Of a stretch of DNA of 64,000 nt, positions 30,010-39,943 are shown one piece after another. Position numbers and translations under genes: made by a program. This stretch comes from Candidatus Melainabacteria bacterium 17Bon1m (GTDB taxonomy: Bacteria; Cyanobacteriota; Vampirovibrionia; Obscuribacterales; Obscuribacteraceae). Where the stretch lies: assembly GCA_032128875.1 (NCBI GenBank), contig JAVLKG010000004.1, positions 288,001 through 352,000 on the forward strand. Direction: 5' to 3'. Each line of letters opens with the position of its first letter. The first letter of the stretch is position 1. The notes beneath the pieces were generated by a model. It saw only the letters and a program-made list of their open reading frames with translations. It had not been told where the DNA came from and did not search any database.

Positions 30010-31083
30010 ATGCGACGCCATTTGATCACATCTTTACTTGCATTGCTTATAGCCAATGCAGGCGCCGGGATTGCGACTGCTCAAGATGCGGGCACGTTTG
30101 CTCCTTCTGCTTCATCCTATTCTTCCAGCTCCTCCGGCTCTTCTTCTTCTTCTTCTTCTTCTTCTTCAGCAGCCGCCACACCATTCAAATTATTTGCAGG
30201 AGTTTCGCACCAGGAGTTGCTACCGCAAGTACACGAGTCTATTGAGCCGCATGTGCAAAAGCAGAAAGTGGCAATTGCTCCTGCGTTAGAAGTTCAAAAA
30301 CCCGTGCTTAAGCCAGAGCGCACGATGACCGCTCCTCCAATTGCCTTTCTGCCGAAGCTTTCAGAAACAGTAGTAAAACCGGTTGCTCGTCCGCCAGTGC
30401 TTACGGCACAAACAGCCGTCAAACAATCTTATGAGCCGGCGTTTGGTGTTGCCCGACTGACGGCAGAGCGCAGTCCAGATCCCCCTAGACCTGCACAGCA
30501 TTACACAATTGAATGGTTCATGATTCCTAGCTGGATGGCGGGAGTCTGGCTTAAAAGCGGCGATATGACGACTCATGTCACCGATTTACGCACCGGCGCG
30601 ACTAGTTCGCAAAACGAATGGACTGATAATCGGATGGAAGCGTCCTGGGGGCATCTTCAAGATGCTCGCGGTAACTATTGGCACGTGAACTTGCTTCCTT
30701 CAGAACGCGACGGAATGTCGGCCGGCAAGTTGGTGCGGTTTTTGACTGTGGCGCAAAAATGCGAAGGTTCAAGTCCACAAAAACTCATGACGAGAACTCA
30801 TTACATTGTTAGTGAATCAAATCCTTGGAGCAACCAGCCACTCGACACATTCCAGCAAGAGTCTATAAACCTATACGAGATGTCCGGGCAGAATGAAATT
30901 TTGAATTCCAGCAGCAATCGAGTTTTTACTTACCAGGGTGCGCCAGTGCGGGAAGGGCACCTTATCAGCAAGTTCAACAAGATTCGAGGATTCACGCCGG
31001 TGGCAACGCTCAATGGCGTGGACTTGCGAGCGTCGCTCAACGACTATTTAAAGGGACATTCCCTGGGTTATCTCGTCAAATAG
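30010..31083 (+). CDS. Secreted hypothetical protein with poly-Ser linker
   Basis: Signal peptide, poly-Ser, Pro-rich linker, globular C-terminal domain (WFMIPSWMAG.W). Confidence 0.75.
   Translation: MRRHLITSLLALLIANAGAGIATAQDAGTFAPSASSYSSSSSGSSSSSSSSSSAAATPFKLFAGVSHQELLPQVHESIEPHVQKQKVAIAPALEVQKPVLKPERTMTAPPIAFLPKLSETVVKPVARPPVLTAQTAVKQSYEPAFGVARLTAERSPDPPRPAQHYTIEWFMIPSWMAGVWLKSGDMTTHVTDLRTGATSSQNEWTDNRMEASWGHLQDARGNYWHVNLLPSERDGMSAGKLVRFLTVAQKCEGSSPQKLMTRTHYIVSESNPWSNQPLDTFQQESINLYEMSGQNEILNSSSNRVFTYQGAPVREGHLISKFNKIRGFTPVATLNGVDLRASLNDYLKGHSLGYLVK
30139..30165 (+). repeat. (TCT)9 microsatellite encoding poly-Ser
   Basis: Nine perfect in-frame TCT units. Confidence 0.9.
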
Positions 31084-31281
31084 CATTTCCCGGTTTTTCC
31101 TGGACCCGGGGCGTCCAAATTTTGGTGCCTTTGAGGTTGTTTTGATTCTTCACTAAATATCCTTTGATGTTCTACCCAGTATCTTTTGGATATCTGGCGC
31201 CCGAAATGCATATATAAGGTAGGTATAAAGTCCAAATAAAACGGGTACTTTCAGTTTGATGGGTTGAAAGGGAGCGAATTG

Positions 31282-32268
31282 ATGTTGAAATTCAATTGGC
31301 AAAGCGATCGTTTATTGGGAGTAAGCAAACGAAAATTTGCTTCGCGTGCAGCCAGGATTTTTTCTTTAGTACTTTGTCTGACGTCGAGTCTTGCCTCTCT
31401 TCAATCGACAAGCGCTGCGGAGGTGATTGCGACGTCCACGCACGATGCGGACGAGCAAGCGATTAGAGCGCAAGCTGCAGATTACTCAAAAGCATTTGCA
31501 GCAGGTGACGTTTCTGCCTTGCTGGCGATGTGGTCTGACAATGCGGTACTGACTGATCAATTCGGAAAGGTAGCATCTGGGAAAGATGCGATTCGGGCGC
31601 AGATGACTTCTTTCTTTACTGCCTACGGAAAGCAACCGCTAGAAATTAAAATCGATTCGCTCGAATTTCCTGCAGACAATCTCGCAATAGAGCATGGAAC
31701 GTCTCATGTTGGAACAACCTCAAATCCCGCAAGCTATTCGACGTACACTGCAGTTCATGTAAAACGTGACGGTAATTGGCAGATGGTGAATGTTTCTGAA
31801 TCTCCAAGATATGATGCCAATGCGGCGACTGTTCCTTCGATTTCTGAACTTTCATGGTTGGTGGGCAATTGGAGCGTTGAAGGTCCAAGAGGAAATCTGC
31901 AAATTAAAGCCGATTGGGTTGCAGGAAAGAAAATGATTCGCTGCGACTTTGATGCCACCACTAAAGATGGTGAGAAGACCAGCCAGACACAGTTTATATT
32001 TTACGATCCTCTATTCAAACGAATTCGCTCATGGCAGTATGACTGGAGTGGCGGATATGGCGAATCAAGATGGTTCAAGTCCGGCAACGGAACCGATTGG
32101 GAGTCCGATGGTTGCTCTGTTCAACCTGATGGATCTACTGGTTCTGCGAGATACTTATTCAAAAAAGTCGACAACAACACCTTCACCTGGCAATCTACTT
32201 CACGAAGATTGCTCGGCCGGCGATTGCCTGACTCTGCGGTTCTAACAGCGAAAAGGACAGGCAGTTAG
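31282..32268 (+). CDS. SgcJ/EcaC (DUF4440, NTF2-like) domain secreted protein
   Basis: DEQAIR....Y..AF..GD......W; YTAVHVKRDGNW; second domain L.WLVG.W. Confidence 0.82.
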   Translation: MLKFNWQSDRLLGVSKRKFASRAARIFSLVLCLTSSLASLQSTSAAEVIATSTHDADEQAIRAQAADYSKAFAAGDVSALLAMWSDNAVLTDQFGKVASGKDAIRAQMTSFFTAYGKQPLEIKIDSLEFPADNLAIEHGTSHVGTTSNPASYSTYTAVHVKRDGNWQMVNVSESPRYDANAATVPSISELSWLVGNWSVEGPRGNLQIKADWVAGKKMIRCDFDATTKDGEKTSQTQFIFYDPLFKRIRSWQYDWSGGYGESRWFKSGNGTDWESDGCSVQPDGSTGSARYLFKKVDNNTFTWQSTSRRLLGRRLPDSAVLTAKRTGS

Positions 32269-32312
32269 TAATCTTACTCGTTTATTGTCGAACAAACTTT
32301 TGGTGAATTGAT

Positions 32313-33413
32313 ATGAAATTCAAAAACAAAGTAACGATTTTGATGGTCGCATCTCTGGTATTGCCTGTGGTGTTCGTTGAAGCTGGTTTCTGCCGGGGTG
32401 GATTCGGTGGTGGCGGTGGAGGGTTTGGAGGCGGAGGCCGAAGCTTCGGTGGTGGTAGCTTTGATCGAGGCGGTTTTGGTGGCGGTTTCGACCGCGGAGG
32501 AATAGGCCGTGGTGATGATTTCGATCGCTTTAATGACGGTTTCGATCACCCTGGTGCTTCTGCATTCGGTGGTGACAATGCAGGCATTCGCGCAGGTGAG
32601 ACCGGGGTTCGTGATTTCGGCGGAGTCGACAGAGGTCTTGCTGCAGATGGTGGTTTTGGACGGGTAATGGATACTCCCGCCGCAGGTTTGGCTGGTCGCG
32701 CCGGAACATACGCCATGTCGCCGAGAGCGCTAGCTGATCATTGGAACAACGTAAATGGAAACTTCAACCACTGGGGCTACTACGATCGTAATTGGTGGAA
32801 CAACCATCCCTACTATTGGTACAACCGATATTGGGGAGATAATTGGGCTTGGGGATGGACAGGCTGGGGCGATCTTGGCGGCTGGTGGGGAATGGATGTA
32901 GATTCCGATCCGGTTTATTACGATTACGGAAACAATATCACCTATCAGGGCGACCAAGTCTATTACGGCTCGCAGCCACTAGAATCGACTGATACTTATT
33001 ACACACAAGCACAAGCATTGGCTCAAACAGCTCCGCCTACTCCTACGACTCCCATGTCGGATGCTGAGCAAAAGAAAAATGTGAACAGCATGAAGCCGCT
33101 TGGTGTGTACGCGCTTGTGTCCGGCGATCAGACTGATAGCTCTCAGCTGTTCCAGATCGCAGTAGACAAGAAAGGCATCATCCGCGGCACTTACTTCAAT
33201 CAGGTGACAAATCTGAGCAAGCCGATCTCTGGTGCTGTAGATAAAAAGAATCAACGTGCTTGCTTCACAATCGATGGAAACAAGAATGTTGTTTATGACA
33301 CCGCTATCGGTAATTTGTTAAAGCAGTCGAGCCCTATTTTGGTGCACTATTCGAAATCCAACACGCAGCAACTCACGCTGGTGCGCTTGAAGAAAAACTC
33401 AAGTACGTCCTAA
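32313..33413 (+). CDS. Secreted Gly-rich / Trp-rich hypothetical protein (type often auto-labelled 'protocadherin')
   Basis: RGGFGGG low-complexity region, WW-rich segment, YYDYG, PLGVYAL..QIAVDKKGIIRG.Y domain. Confidence 0.75.
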   Translation: MKFKNKVTILMVASLVLPVVFVEAGFCRGGFGGGGGGFGGGGRSFGGGSFDRGGFGGGFDRGGIGRGDDFDRFNDGFDHPGASAFGGDNAGIRAGETGVRDFGGVDRGLAADGGFGRVMDTPAAGLAGRAGTYAMSPRALADHWNNVNGNFNHWGYYDRNWWNNHPYYWYNRYWGDNWAWGWTGWGDLGGWWGMDVDSDPVYYDYGNNITYQGDQVYYGSQPLESTDTYYTQAQALAQTAPPTPTTPMSDAEQKKNVNSMKPLGVYALVSGDQTDSSQLFQIAVDKKGIIRGTYFNQVTNLSKPISGAVDKKNQRACFTIDGNKNVVYDTAIGNLLKQSSPILVHYSKSNTQQLTLVRLKKNSSTS

Positions 33414-35320
33414 GCGTCTTGCGATTCGCCAGTCTCGTTGCAGTGATTGGTGATTACATCAAGGAATGTCTGACCTAAATCTCGCAGTTTTGAGTCACCG
33501 ATTCCGCTGACCATTCTCATTCGCTCTAACGATGATGGGCGAATGCGTGCCAGTTCGCGCAATGTGCTGTCTGGGAAAATGATGTATGGTGGCACGCGTC
33601 TTTGGTCAGCCAATTCTCTGCGCAATTCGCGCATGGTTTCGAAGAGATCGCGATCCACGCCATCCCATGATCCAGACTCTGCTTTTGATAGTTTTGCGCG
33701 CTCGCCTTTCTTTCTCTCTGCTGGTTTTAGCAAACGAATGTTTGTTCGTTCACCCCGCATTACTTGCCACGATCCGCCGTTGAGTTTCAAAATCGGAACT
33801 GAGCGCCCGTATGATTCGACGTTTTCTTGAACAAGCACTTCCTGGCTTATGAGCTGATAAGCCCAGTCCCTGATGTCGTTGACGTGATACTCCTTCAGCA
33901 ATCCATAGGTGCTGAGCGAATTGCCACCGCGGTTTTTGATTTCTTGGGAATTCTCGCCTCGCAGAACAGCGGCGACGTAGCCAATGCCGTATTTCTCTTT
34001 CAAGCGTGCCACACAGGAGAGAATCTTTTGTGCAATGACGAGTGCACCATCAACTTCTACTGTTTCACCCAAACAAATGTCGCAGGCACCACAATTGTCT
34101 TTTTCGTAGGTTTGCCCGAAGTGTGCCACAAGAAGTGCGTGACGACATGCGGCGCCGCGGCAGTAACGGTCCATCATATTGAGATGTTCAAAAGATGTTT
34201 CAAGATAAGAAAGGTCATTGTCCTGGTATTGAAACTGATTTTGATTTTGATCGGATGCAGCTTTCTGCATGATGGCTTTCCATGTGAAAACATCAGCGCC
34301 CGAATGCAAAAGCACGCACTCAGCTTCCAAGCCATCTCGTCCAGCTCTGCCTGTTTCCTGTTGGTACGCTTCTAACGATTTCGGCATCGCTGTATGTAAA
34401 ACGTAGCGAACATTCGATCTGTCGATGCCCATTCCGAATGCTACAGTAGCAACCACCACGTCGCAGTGTTCTTCTGAAAAAGCCTCTTGTGTTTCTGCTC
34501 TTTCTTGCGCAGTCATGCCGGCATGGTACGGCATTGCTTTGATACCTGCTTCTTTCAGGTCGCGTGTCAATTCATCGACTTCCGCCCGTCGGATGCAATA
34601 GATAATTCCGCCTTCTTTGCGATGCTTATCGATCACCGAAAGCACTTGTCTCAAAGTGCCACCACGTCGCGAGATAATGCGATAAGTAAGATTAGAGCGG
34701 TCGAAATTACCGATCAAAACTTCCGGGTCTTTGAGCCCGAGTTGCTGAATTATGTCTGTGCGAACTTGTTCGGTTGCAGTAGCAGTGTAAGCATGCACTG
34801 AAGCTTTCGGAAACATCGACTTCAGCAAACGCAATTGTCGATATTCTGGACGAAAGTCGTGACCCCAATGGCTGATGCAGTGCGCTTCGTCGATTGCAAA
34901 TGTTCGCACATCGATTTTGCGAAGAAGATCTTGAGTGTCAGTTTGACATAAACGTTCGGGCGAGACGAAAAGTAAGCGAATCTTGCCGTTTAGAATATCT
35001 CGCTCCGCTTGTTGGCGTGCTTCCGGTGTCAGCGAACTGTTGAGCTGAATTGCAGAGATCCCTGAAGCGAGGAGCCCATCGACTTGATCTTTCATCAGTG
35101 ATATCAGTGGCGATATCACAACAGTAGTATCACCACGTAAAACAGCAGGCGCCTGAAAGCAAAGAGACTTTCCTCCGCCGGTCGGCATGACCACCAGCGA
35201 GTCGCGTCCGTTCAAAACCGAACACATCGCCGGCTCTTGCAACGGGCGCAGTTCTCGAATTCCCCAATGTTTGGCGACAAGCTCGCGCAGTTGGGGAATT
35301 TGCGTCGAAAGGGTCTGCAT
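33410..35320 (-). CDS. recQ: ATP-dependent DNA helicase RecQ
   Basis: MPTGGGKSLC, DEAHCISHWGHDFRPEY, ATVAFGMGID, QETGRAGRDG, Zn-binding Cys, RQC and HRDC domains; ATG 35320 preferred. Confidence 0.96.
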   Translation of the reverse strand: MQTLSTQIPQLRELVAKHWGIRELRPLQEPAMCSVLNGRDSLVVMPTGGGKSLCFQAPAVLRGDTTVVISPLISLMKDQVDGLLASGISAIQLNSSLTPEARQQAERDILNGKIRLLFVSPERLCQTDTQDLLRKIDVRTFAIDEAHCISHWGHDFRPEYRQLRLLKSMFPKASVHAYTATATEQVRTDIIQQLGLKDPEVLIGNFDRSNLTYRIISRRGGTLRQVLSVIDKHRKEGGIIYCIRRAEVDELTRDLKEAGIKAMPYHAGMTAQERAETQEAFSEEHCDVVVATVAFGMGIDRSNVRYVLHTAMPKSLEAYQQETGRAGRDGLEAECVLLHSGADVFTWKAIMQKAASDQNQNQFQYQDNDLSYLETSFEHLNMMDRYCRGAACRHALLVAHFGQTYEKDNCGACDICLGETVEVDGALVIAQKILSCVARLKEKYGIGYVAAVLRGENSQEIKNRGGNSLSTYGLLKEYHVNDIRDWAYQLISQEVLVQENVESYGRSVPILKLNGGSWQVMRGERTNIRLLKPAERKKGERAKLSKAESGSWDGVDRDLFETMRELRRELADQRRVPPYIIFPDSTLRELARIRPSSLERMRMVSGIGDSKLRDLGQTFLDVITNHCNETGESQDA

Positions 35321-35522
35321 GTGGTTGACCGGGGTGTCCTGAAGTGAAGCTCCAAAATAGATCATAAGCTGGCATATCTCCGTTAAAGCCAGACTGCGTC
35401 CGAAAAAGAACTTCATTTGACAGCTGGTGCTTATGGTCGTTTGGCGAATATATCGACTTTATTGAATGTGGAATTGTGCAAGAATATGCGTTAAGTGTTG
35501 AGTTTCAAGTAGGAGGCAGCGC

Positions 35523-37133
35523 ATGTCCCGAGTATTCAGCCGCAGAAAGATTTTGGGCGTAGCAGCACTGGGTGCGGCGGGCATGGTTTTTGGGCGGAAA
35601 TTGCTTTCACAGGCAGGCGAAGGCATCGGCAAGTGGAACGCCGGTGGAATAGGCTCAAACGAACTGCAGGCCAGCACCGAGATAGTAAACGCCGGCAACC
35701 TGAAGCAATCTTTCGAGCAGCTCGGACAGTACATCTACTTGACACCTCAAAAGCTGGGCGGGGGCACGCATGCGGTCGATTTGAATTCCGGACGCACGTT
35801 GGCGTGGATTAGTTACTGGAACTACGGTGACTCTTGTCCGATTTCGCACCACCTTGCCGCATATCCTTCGCCGGATCCGTACAAAGGCTTCGAATTCTTG
35901 AATTCAACTCAGGGCGGCGACAACGTCATGATTTATGGTTTGCCCACACGCATTAAAGAGCGTGGACTGACCGGAAAGTGGGGAATGGGTAACCACATCT
36001 ACCGCGTGCAGTTTGACGGGCAGTCGATGAACCTTATGGAAGACATTGCCGAAACAACCGGCATTGGTCTGGGAGTTCACACTACTATTTATCCGGATGC
36101 TTCCGGCTTTGCAGGAGCTGATGGACAGAAAGATGTATGCGCATTCTTCAATCGCGCGGTAGGCACAGAAAAGACTCAAGTACAAATGGCATTTCGTGCT
36201 GACTGGATTGGAGCCAATCCCAATGGCGGTATGGAAGAAAACTGGTCAAAAGGCGGGAAGATTCGCCTCACTCGATTGAATGCTGCAAAAGAAACCGGCA
36301 GATATGAGCTGGAAGGCACCAAGGGCAACAAAATTGATTGGGAAATGGTGCCTATGGCAGAGTATCTGGTTTACACAGGACAGTTGCCTGGTGACAATCC
36401 GAAAGGATTGAGCGGGTTGGATGCAGTAGTGCACCATCCAAGCGGACGCTATTCTGCGTTGATTATTCGTATGCTCTCATGTGCGATCATCATAGACCGG
36501 CATAATTGGGAGCCTGTCTGCTGTTTGCACTGCCCTGAAGGTTCGCCCGGCAATCTGGCAGTAACAAAAGTGAGCTCCGGACCAGACACCTGGGAAATTA
36601 AGTTGGACGACGTAAAATGTGTCGGACACGAAGCGGGATTTTCGCCGGACGGCAAATCTTTCTTGATGATGAATAACATCAAGCAAAATAATATGGCCGT
36701 GTTCGACACTGCTGATGCTGATCCGCGCAATTGGAAGAAAATCACTTACGTTAAAGATCCGACTTGGAGCGGTGACTATCCGAGTCCTTTTCACCTGTGC
36801 TTTTCTGTTGACGGCAGCAAAATGTTTGTTTCCGTACTTTATCCAAAACCAGCTAACAGCGGATGTTGCGTAGTTGATACCAAGACTTGGAAGATCATCA
36901 AGAAATTCCAAAATATTGGACCCGACTGTCAAACCATGGCTGTCACATACGACGGCAAATATGTTTTCCAGATCTTCAGCGGATTTCAACGAATGTCTAG
37001 CGGAGCATTTATTTTCACGCAAGACACTTTGGAGCCGGTTGGCTATTTGCCAAACTTCGGTGGTCACCACGACTGCGTGATAGTACCTACCAAAGTCGAG
37101 CAGCTCAAGAACAGCCGCTGCACCACTCTCTAA
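35523..37133 (+). CDS. Tat-exported thiocyanate dehydrogenase-like copper beta-propeller protein (His->Gln variant)
   Basis: Tat signal SRRKIL; colinear with recalled Thioalkalivibrio TcDH motifs WNYGD.CPI.HH.AA.PSPDPYK, GLGVH, DGQKD, KGNKIDWE, GH.AGFSPDG, FH, GHHD.VIVP, SR.TT; SD AGGAGG. Confidence 0.85.
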   Translation: MSRVFSRRKILGVAALGAAGMVFGRKLLSQAGEGIGKWNAGGIGSNELQASTEIVNAGNLKQSFEQLGQYIYLTPQKLGGGTHAVDLNSGRTLAWISYWNYGDSCPISHHLAAYPSPDPYKGFEFLNSTQGGDNVMIYGLPTRIKERGLTGKWGMGNHIYRVQFDGQSMNLMEDIAETTGIGLGVHTTIYPDASGFAGADGQKDVCAFFNRAVGTEKTQVQMAFRADWIGANPNGGMEENWSKGGKIRLTRLNAAKETGRYELEGTKGNKIDWEMVPMAEYLVYTGQLPGDNPKGLSGLDAVVHHPSGRYSALIIRMLSCAIIIDRHNWEPVCCLHCPEGSPGNLAVTKVSSGPDTWEIKLDDVKCVGHEAGFSPDGKSFLMMNNIKQNNMAVFDTADADPRNWKKITYVKDPTWSGDYPSPFHLCFSVDGSKMFVSVLYPKPANSGCCVVDTKTWKIIKKFQNIGPDCQTMAVTYDGKYVFQIFSGFQRMSSGAFIFTQDTLEPVGYLPNFGGHHDCVIVPTKVEQLKNSRCTTL

Positions 37134-37157
37134 CGCTGAATATCGAGGCAAGAGACG

Positions 37158-38450
37158 GTGTCGCTCGAACAAGGTGAGAAAACATCAGGTCGCCGGGCTG
37201 GTGCGACTTTGTTTTTGTTTTCTCGTCTTGCATTGCAAAATGTCTTGCGGCGTCCTGCACGCACTTTGATGTTGGTGTTAGCAGTGACCCTATCTACGGG
37301 CGGCGTCTTCGCATCGTATACGGTGGCTAGCGGCATCAAAGACAGTATGGACAGAAGCTTTTCTCGAATGGGAGCAGATCTGATTGTGGTGCCTTCGCGG
37401 GCGATGGTTAACATTACGAGCGCACTACTCACTGTTCAACCGACGGATGAGTTGATCGACAATAGCCTGATCGACGAAATTCGAAAGCTCGATGGAATCG
37501 CTCAAGTTGCGCCGCAGACATATTTGCAAGTACCGATTATGTCGGGAATGCCGGAGTGTAAAGCCAACCTCATAGCCTTTGATTCAAAGAACGATTTCAC
37601 TGTATTACCGTGGATGGTGACACATGCACCGCGACCCATGGTGCCTGGAGATATTCTTGCTGGGAGTCGTAGAGCTGAAACAGTCGGCGACGAAATTGCA
37701 CCCTGTAATCAGCCGGTAAATATCTATGGAAAGTTGGGAAGAAGTGGCGTCGGTCCATTGGACGATTCATTTTTTACCACTTATGAAACTGTAGAACTTC
37801 TGCAATCTAGATTGAGGCAAAATGCCGGCAGCTCGGGAAATTCAAAAGAATCAGGAACAGATTCACTGTCCAACTTCAATCGCTCGCGAATTTCAGCGAT
37901 TTTAGTAAAACTAAAATTTGGAGCTACTCCAGAACAAGCACGTTTTTCAATAGCCAAACTCCCTGGTGTAAAAGTGGTCACCGGCGCGACTATTGTTACT
38001 TCGACGCGGCAAGCAACCACAGCACTACTTGGTGGCATGCTGGGTTTTACTGGCATGATGCTTATTGCGATGCTGATTATGGTAAGCCTGTTGTTCTCCG
38101 GCATAATTTTCGAGCGGCGCCGTGAGGTCGGGTTGTTACGCGCCATCGGCTCCAGGCATGTTGATGTAATGCGCATGCTTCTTGCAGAAGCCGTTTTCAC
38201 CACCGCACTAGGCGGTTTTACCGGCATCATATTTGGTGCCGGACTGTTGTTGGTTTTCCAACGCTCTTTGGTCTATTACCTCGAGACATTACATATCGAT
38301 TTCGCCTGGCCTGAACCACTGGCTATTTTCAGTGTCGCCATTATGTGTTCTATTGCCTCTGCGCTTGTTGGATTACTTGGCGCTCTGGTGCCGGCATGGA
38401 AAGCAAGTCTTGAAGAGCCTTATCTCCTCATTCAAGGTGAGGGCGGATAA
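37158..38450 (+). CDS. ABC transporter permease (MacB-PCD + FtsX, LolC/E-like)
   Basis: RRPART..L TM1, MGADLIVVP, ERRREVGLLRAIG, three C-terminal TM helices. Confidence 0.9.
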   Translation: MSLEQGEKTSGRRAGATLFLFSRLALQNVLRRPARTLMLVLAVTLSTGGVFASYTVASGIKDSMDRSFSRMGADLIVVPSRAMVNITSALLTVQPTDELIDNSLIDEIRKLDGIAQVAPQTYLQVPIMSGMPECKANLIAFDSKNDFTVLPWMVTHAPRPMVPGDILAGSRRAETVGDEIAPCNQPVNIYGKLGRSGVGPLDDSFFTTYETVELLQSRLRQNAGSSGNSKESGTDSLSNFNRSRISAILVKLKFGATPEQARFSIAKLPGVKVVTGATIVTSTRQATTALLGGMLGFTGMMLIAMLIMVSLLFSGIIFERRREVGLLRAIGSRHVDVMRMLLAEAVFTTALGGFTGIIFGAGLLLVFQRSLVYYLETLHIDFAWPEPLAIFSVAIMCSIASALVGLLGALVPAWKASLEEPYLLIQGEGG

Positions 38451-39835
38451 TGCTGACTCTGCACTCAATTGGAAAAAGCTATGGCGGTGAGCAAACTGTT
38501 GAAGCCGTCAAGAATGTCAGTCTAGATTTGCAGGAAGGTAAATCTCTGGCGATTGTTGGTCGCTCCGGCTCTGGAAAGTCTACATTGCTGGGGATGATCG
38601 GCGGAATTAGCAGACCGACGAGTGGGCAGGTTTTGATCGACGGTGTTGATCAGTGGAAATTGAACGACAGCGGCAGGGCTGATTTGCGAAATCAAAAACT
38701 GGGATTTGTTTTTCAATTTGCAAGTCTGCTTCCGTCCTTGAGAGCTGTAGATAATGTCGCGCTTCCATGTTTGATTTCTGGTTCTATTCCGGCGCGTGAG
38801 GCCTACGCGAGAGCACATGCTCTTTTGAATCGAGTTGGTTTGTCTCATCGCTATGATTCGTTCCCTGGACAATTGTCAGGCGGCGAGCAGCGCAGAGTGG
38901 CAATCGCCCGTGCACTAGTAAACTCGCCTCGATTGCTGCTTGCTGATGAGCCGACCGCTGATTTGGATGAAGCAACAGAATCGGAAATATTGAATCTGTT
39001 GATTGATATTCATCGCGCCTTGAATGTGACACTAGTGATGGTGACGCACAATCCCGATATTGCGGCCCGGGCGGATCACATCATTGAGATGCGAGCGGGC
39101 GAGACAGTTTCTCGAAAAGATACTTCCCAAACCGACATTAAGACTGCAGAGATTGAAACAATCACCAGCTTGTATGAAGTTTCTCCTGAAAAGGCTGCTG
39201 CGGAAAAAGTGAGACTAGGCGAAGGACTTGAAGTTTTCGTCGGCCGCTTGGTCATGTGGATTGTGCCTATTTGTGTGATTGCGTGGTGCTTGAATTGGGC
39301 TGTCGCTGATTACGAGCGCAGTGAAATACAAGCTAAAGCACAACGCCGAATGGCGCTTGAAGAATTAGCAATGCAAGGATTGCGCGCGGACGTGAAGAGC
39401 GTCGAATTCGGTAAAGGGAAAACTTATGTAGTCACGCTCTACCTTCGCAACACGAAAGGAGACGAACCTTTATATGTGATGTCGCCGATGGTAAGAGGTT
39501 TTGTGCAAGTCGGGACAAGCTGGCTCGAAGTACCAATGAAGTCACTCGAATCTGGAAGCGCTCAAGTTTTGAAAGTAACAGGAACCCAGCTTCTGAAGTA
39601 CGAAATGGAGCCGGATGTTCCGGATTTTACACAACTGCTTCCTTATTACATGCATGTTCGCCTTACCAACGACATGCTGATTAGTCCGCGTAGCCAACCA
39701 AAGGACGATCTAGTTGAGCGCAATGACAGTTATTACGTCTATTTGAAACCGCATGATGCCGATGACAACGCTATCCTCGGCAAAATGAAGTTTCCCGGGA
39801 GGCCACCAGTGTGGATTCCGATGCCTCCGCACTGA
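38450..39835 (+). CDS. ABC ATP-binding protein fused to TM helix and extracytoplasmic domain
   Basis: GRSGSGKST, LSGGEQRR, LLADEPT in the first ~220 aa; then a TM helix and a ~170-aa domain ending WIPMPPH; TAATG overlap with the permease. Confidence 0.9.
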   Translation: MLTLHSIGKSYGGEQTVEAVKNVSLDLQEGKSLAIVGRSGSGKSTLLGMIGGISRPTSGQVLIDGVDQWKLNDSGRADLRNQKLGFVFQFASLLPSLRAVDNVALPCLISGSIPAREAYARAHALLNRVGLSHRYDSFPGQLSGGEQRRVAIARALVNSPRLLLADEPTADLDEATESEILNLLIDIHRALNVTLVMVTHNPDIAARADHIIEMRAGETVSRKDTSQTDIKTAEIETITSLYEVSPEKAAAEKVRLGEGLEVFVGRLVMWIVPICVIAWCLNWAVADYERSEIQAKAQRRMALEELAMQGLRADVKSVEFGKGKTYVVTLYLRNTKGDEPLYVMSPMVRGFVQVGTSWLEVPMKSLESGSAQVLKVTGTQLLKYEMEPDVPDFTQLLPYYMHVRLTNDMLISPRSQPKDDLVERNDSYYVYLKPHDADDNAILGKMKFPGRPPVWIPMPPH

Positions 39836-39875
39836 GAAATCTGAGCCAACTCATAAAACAGGCAAAAAGCAGAAC

Positions 39876-39907
39876 GGGCAAGTCAATCGACTTGCCCATC
39901 CTTTTAT
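39876..39907. terminator. Intrinsic terminator
   Basis: GGGCAAGTC-AATC-GACTTGCCC stem between convergent genes, T-rich flanks. Confidence 0.75.
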
Positions 39908-39943
39908 ACGTTCGCTAAAGCTCGTATTCGTGTCGGTCGCAAA

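Noticed and set aside
30139-30165. Phase-variation tract
   Set aside because: A trinucleotide repeat keeps the frame; it only changes linker length.
36477-37172. 231-aa antisense ORF inside the TcDH-like gene
   Set aside because: Shadow of a well-supported gene; no motifs.
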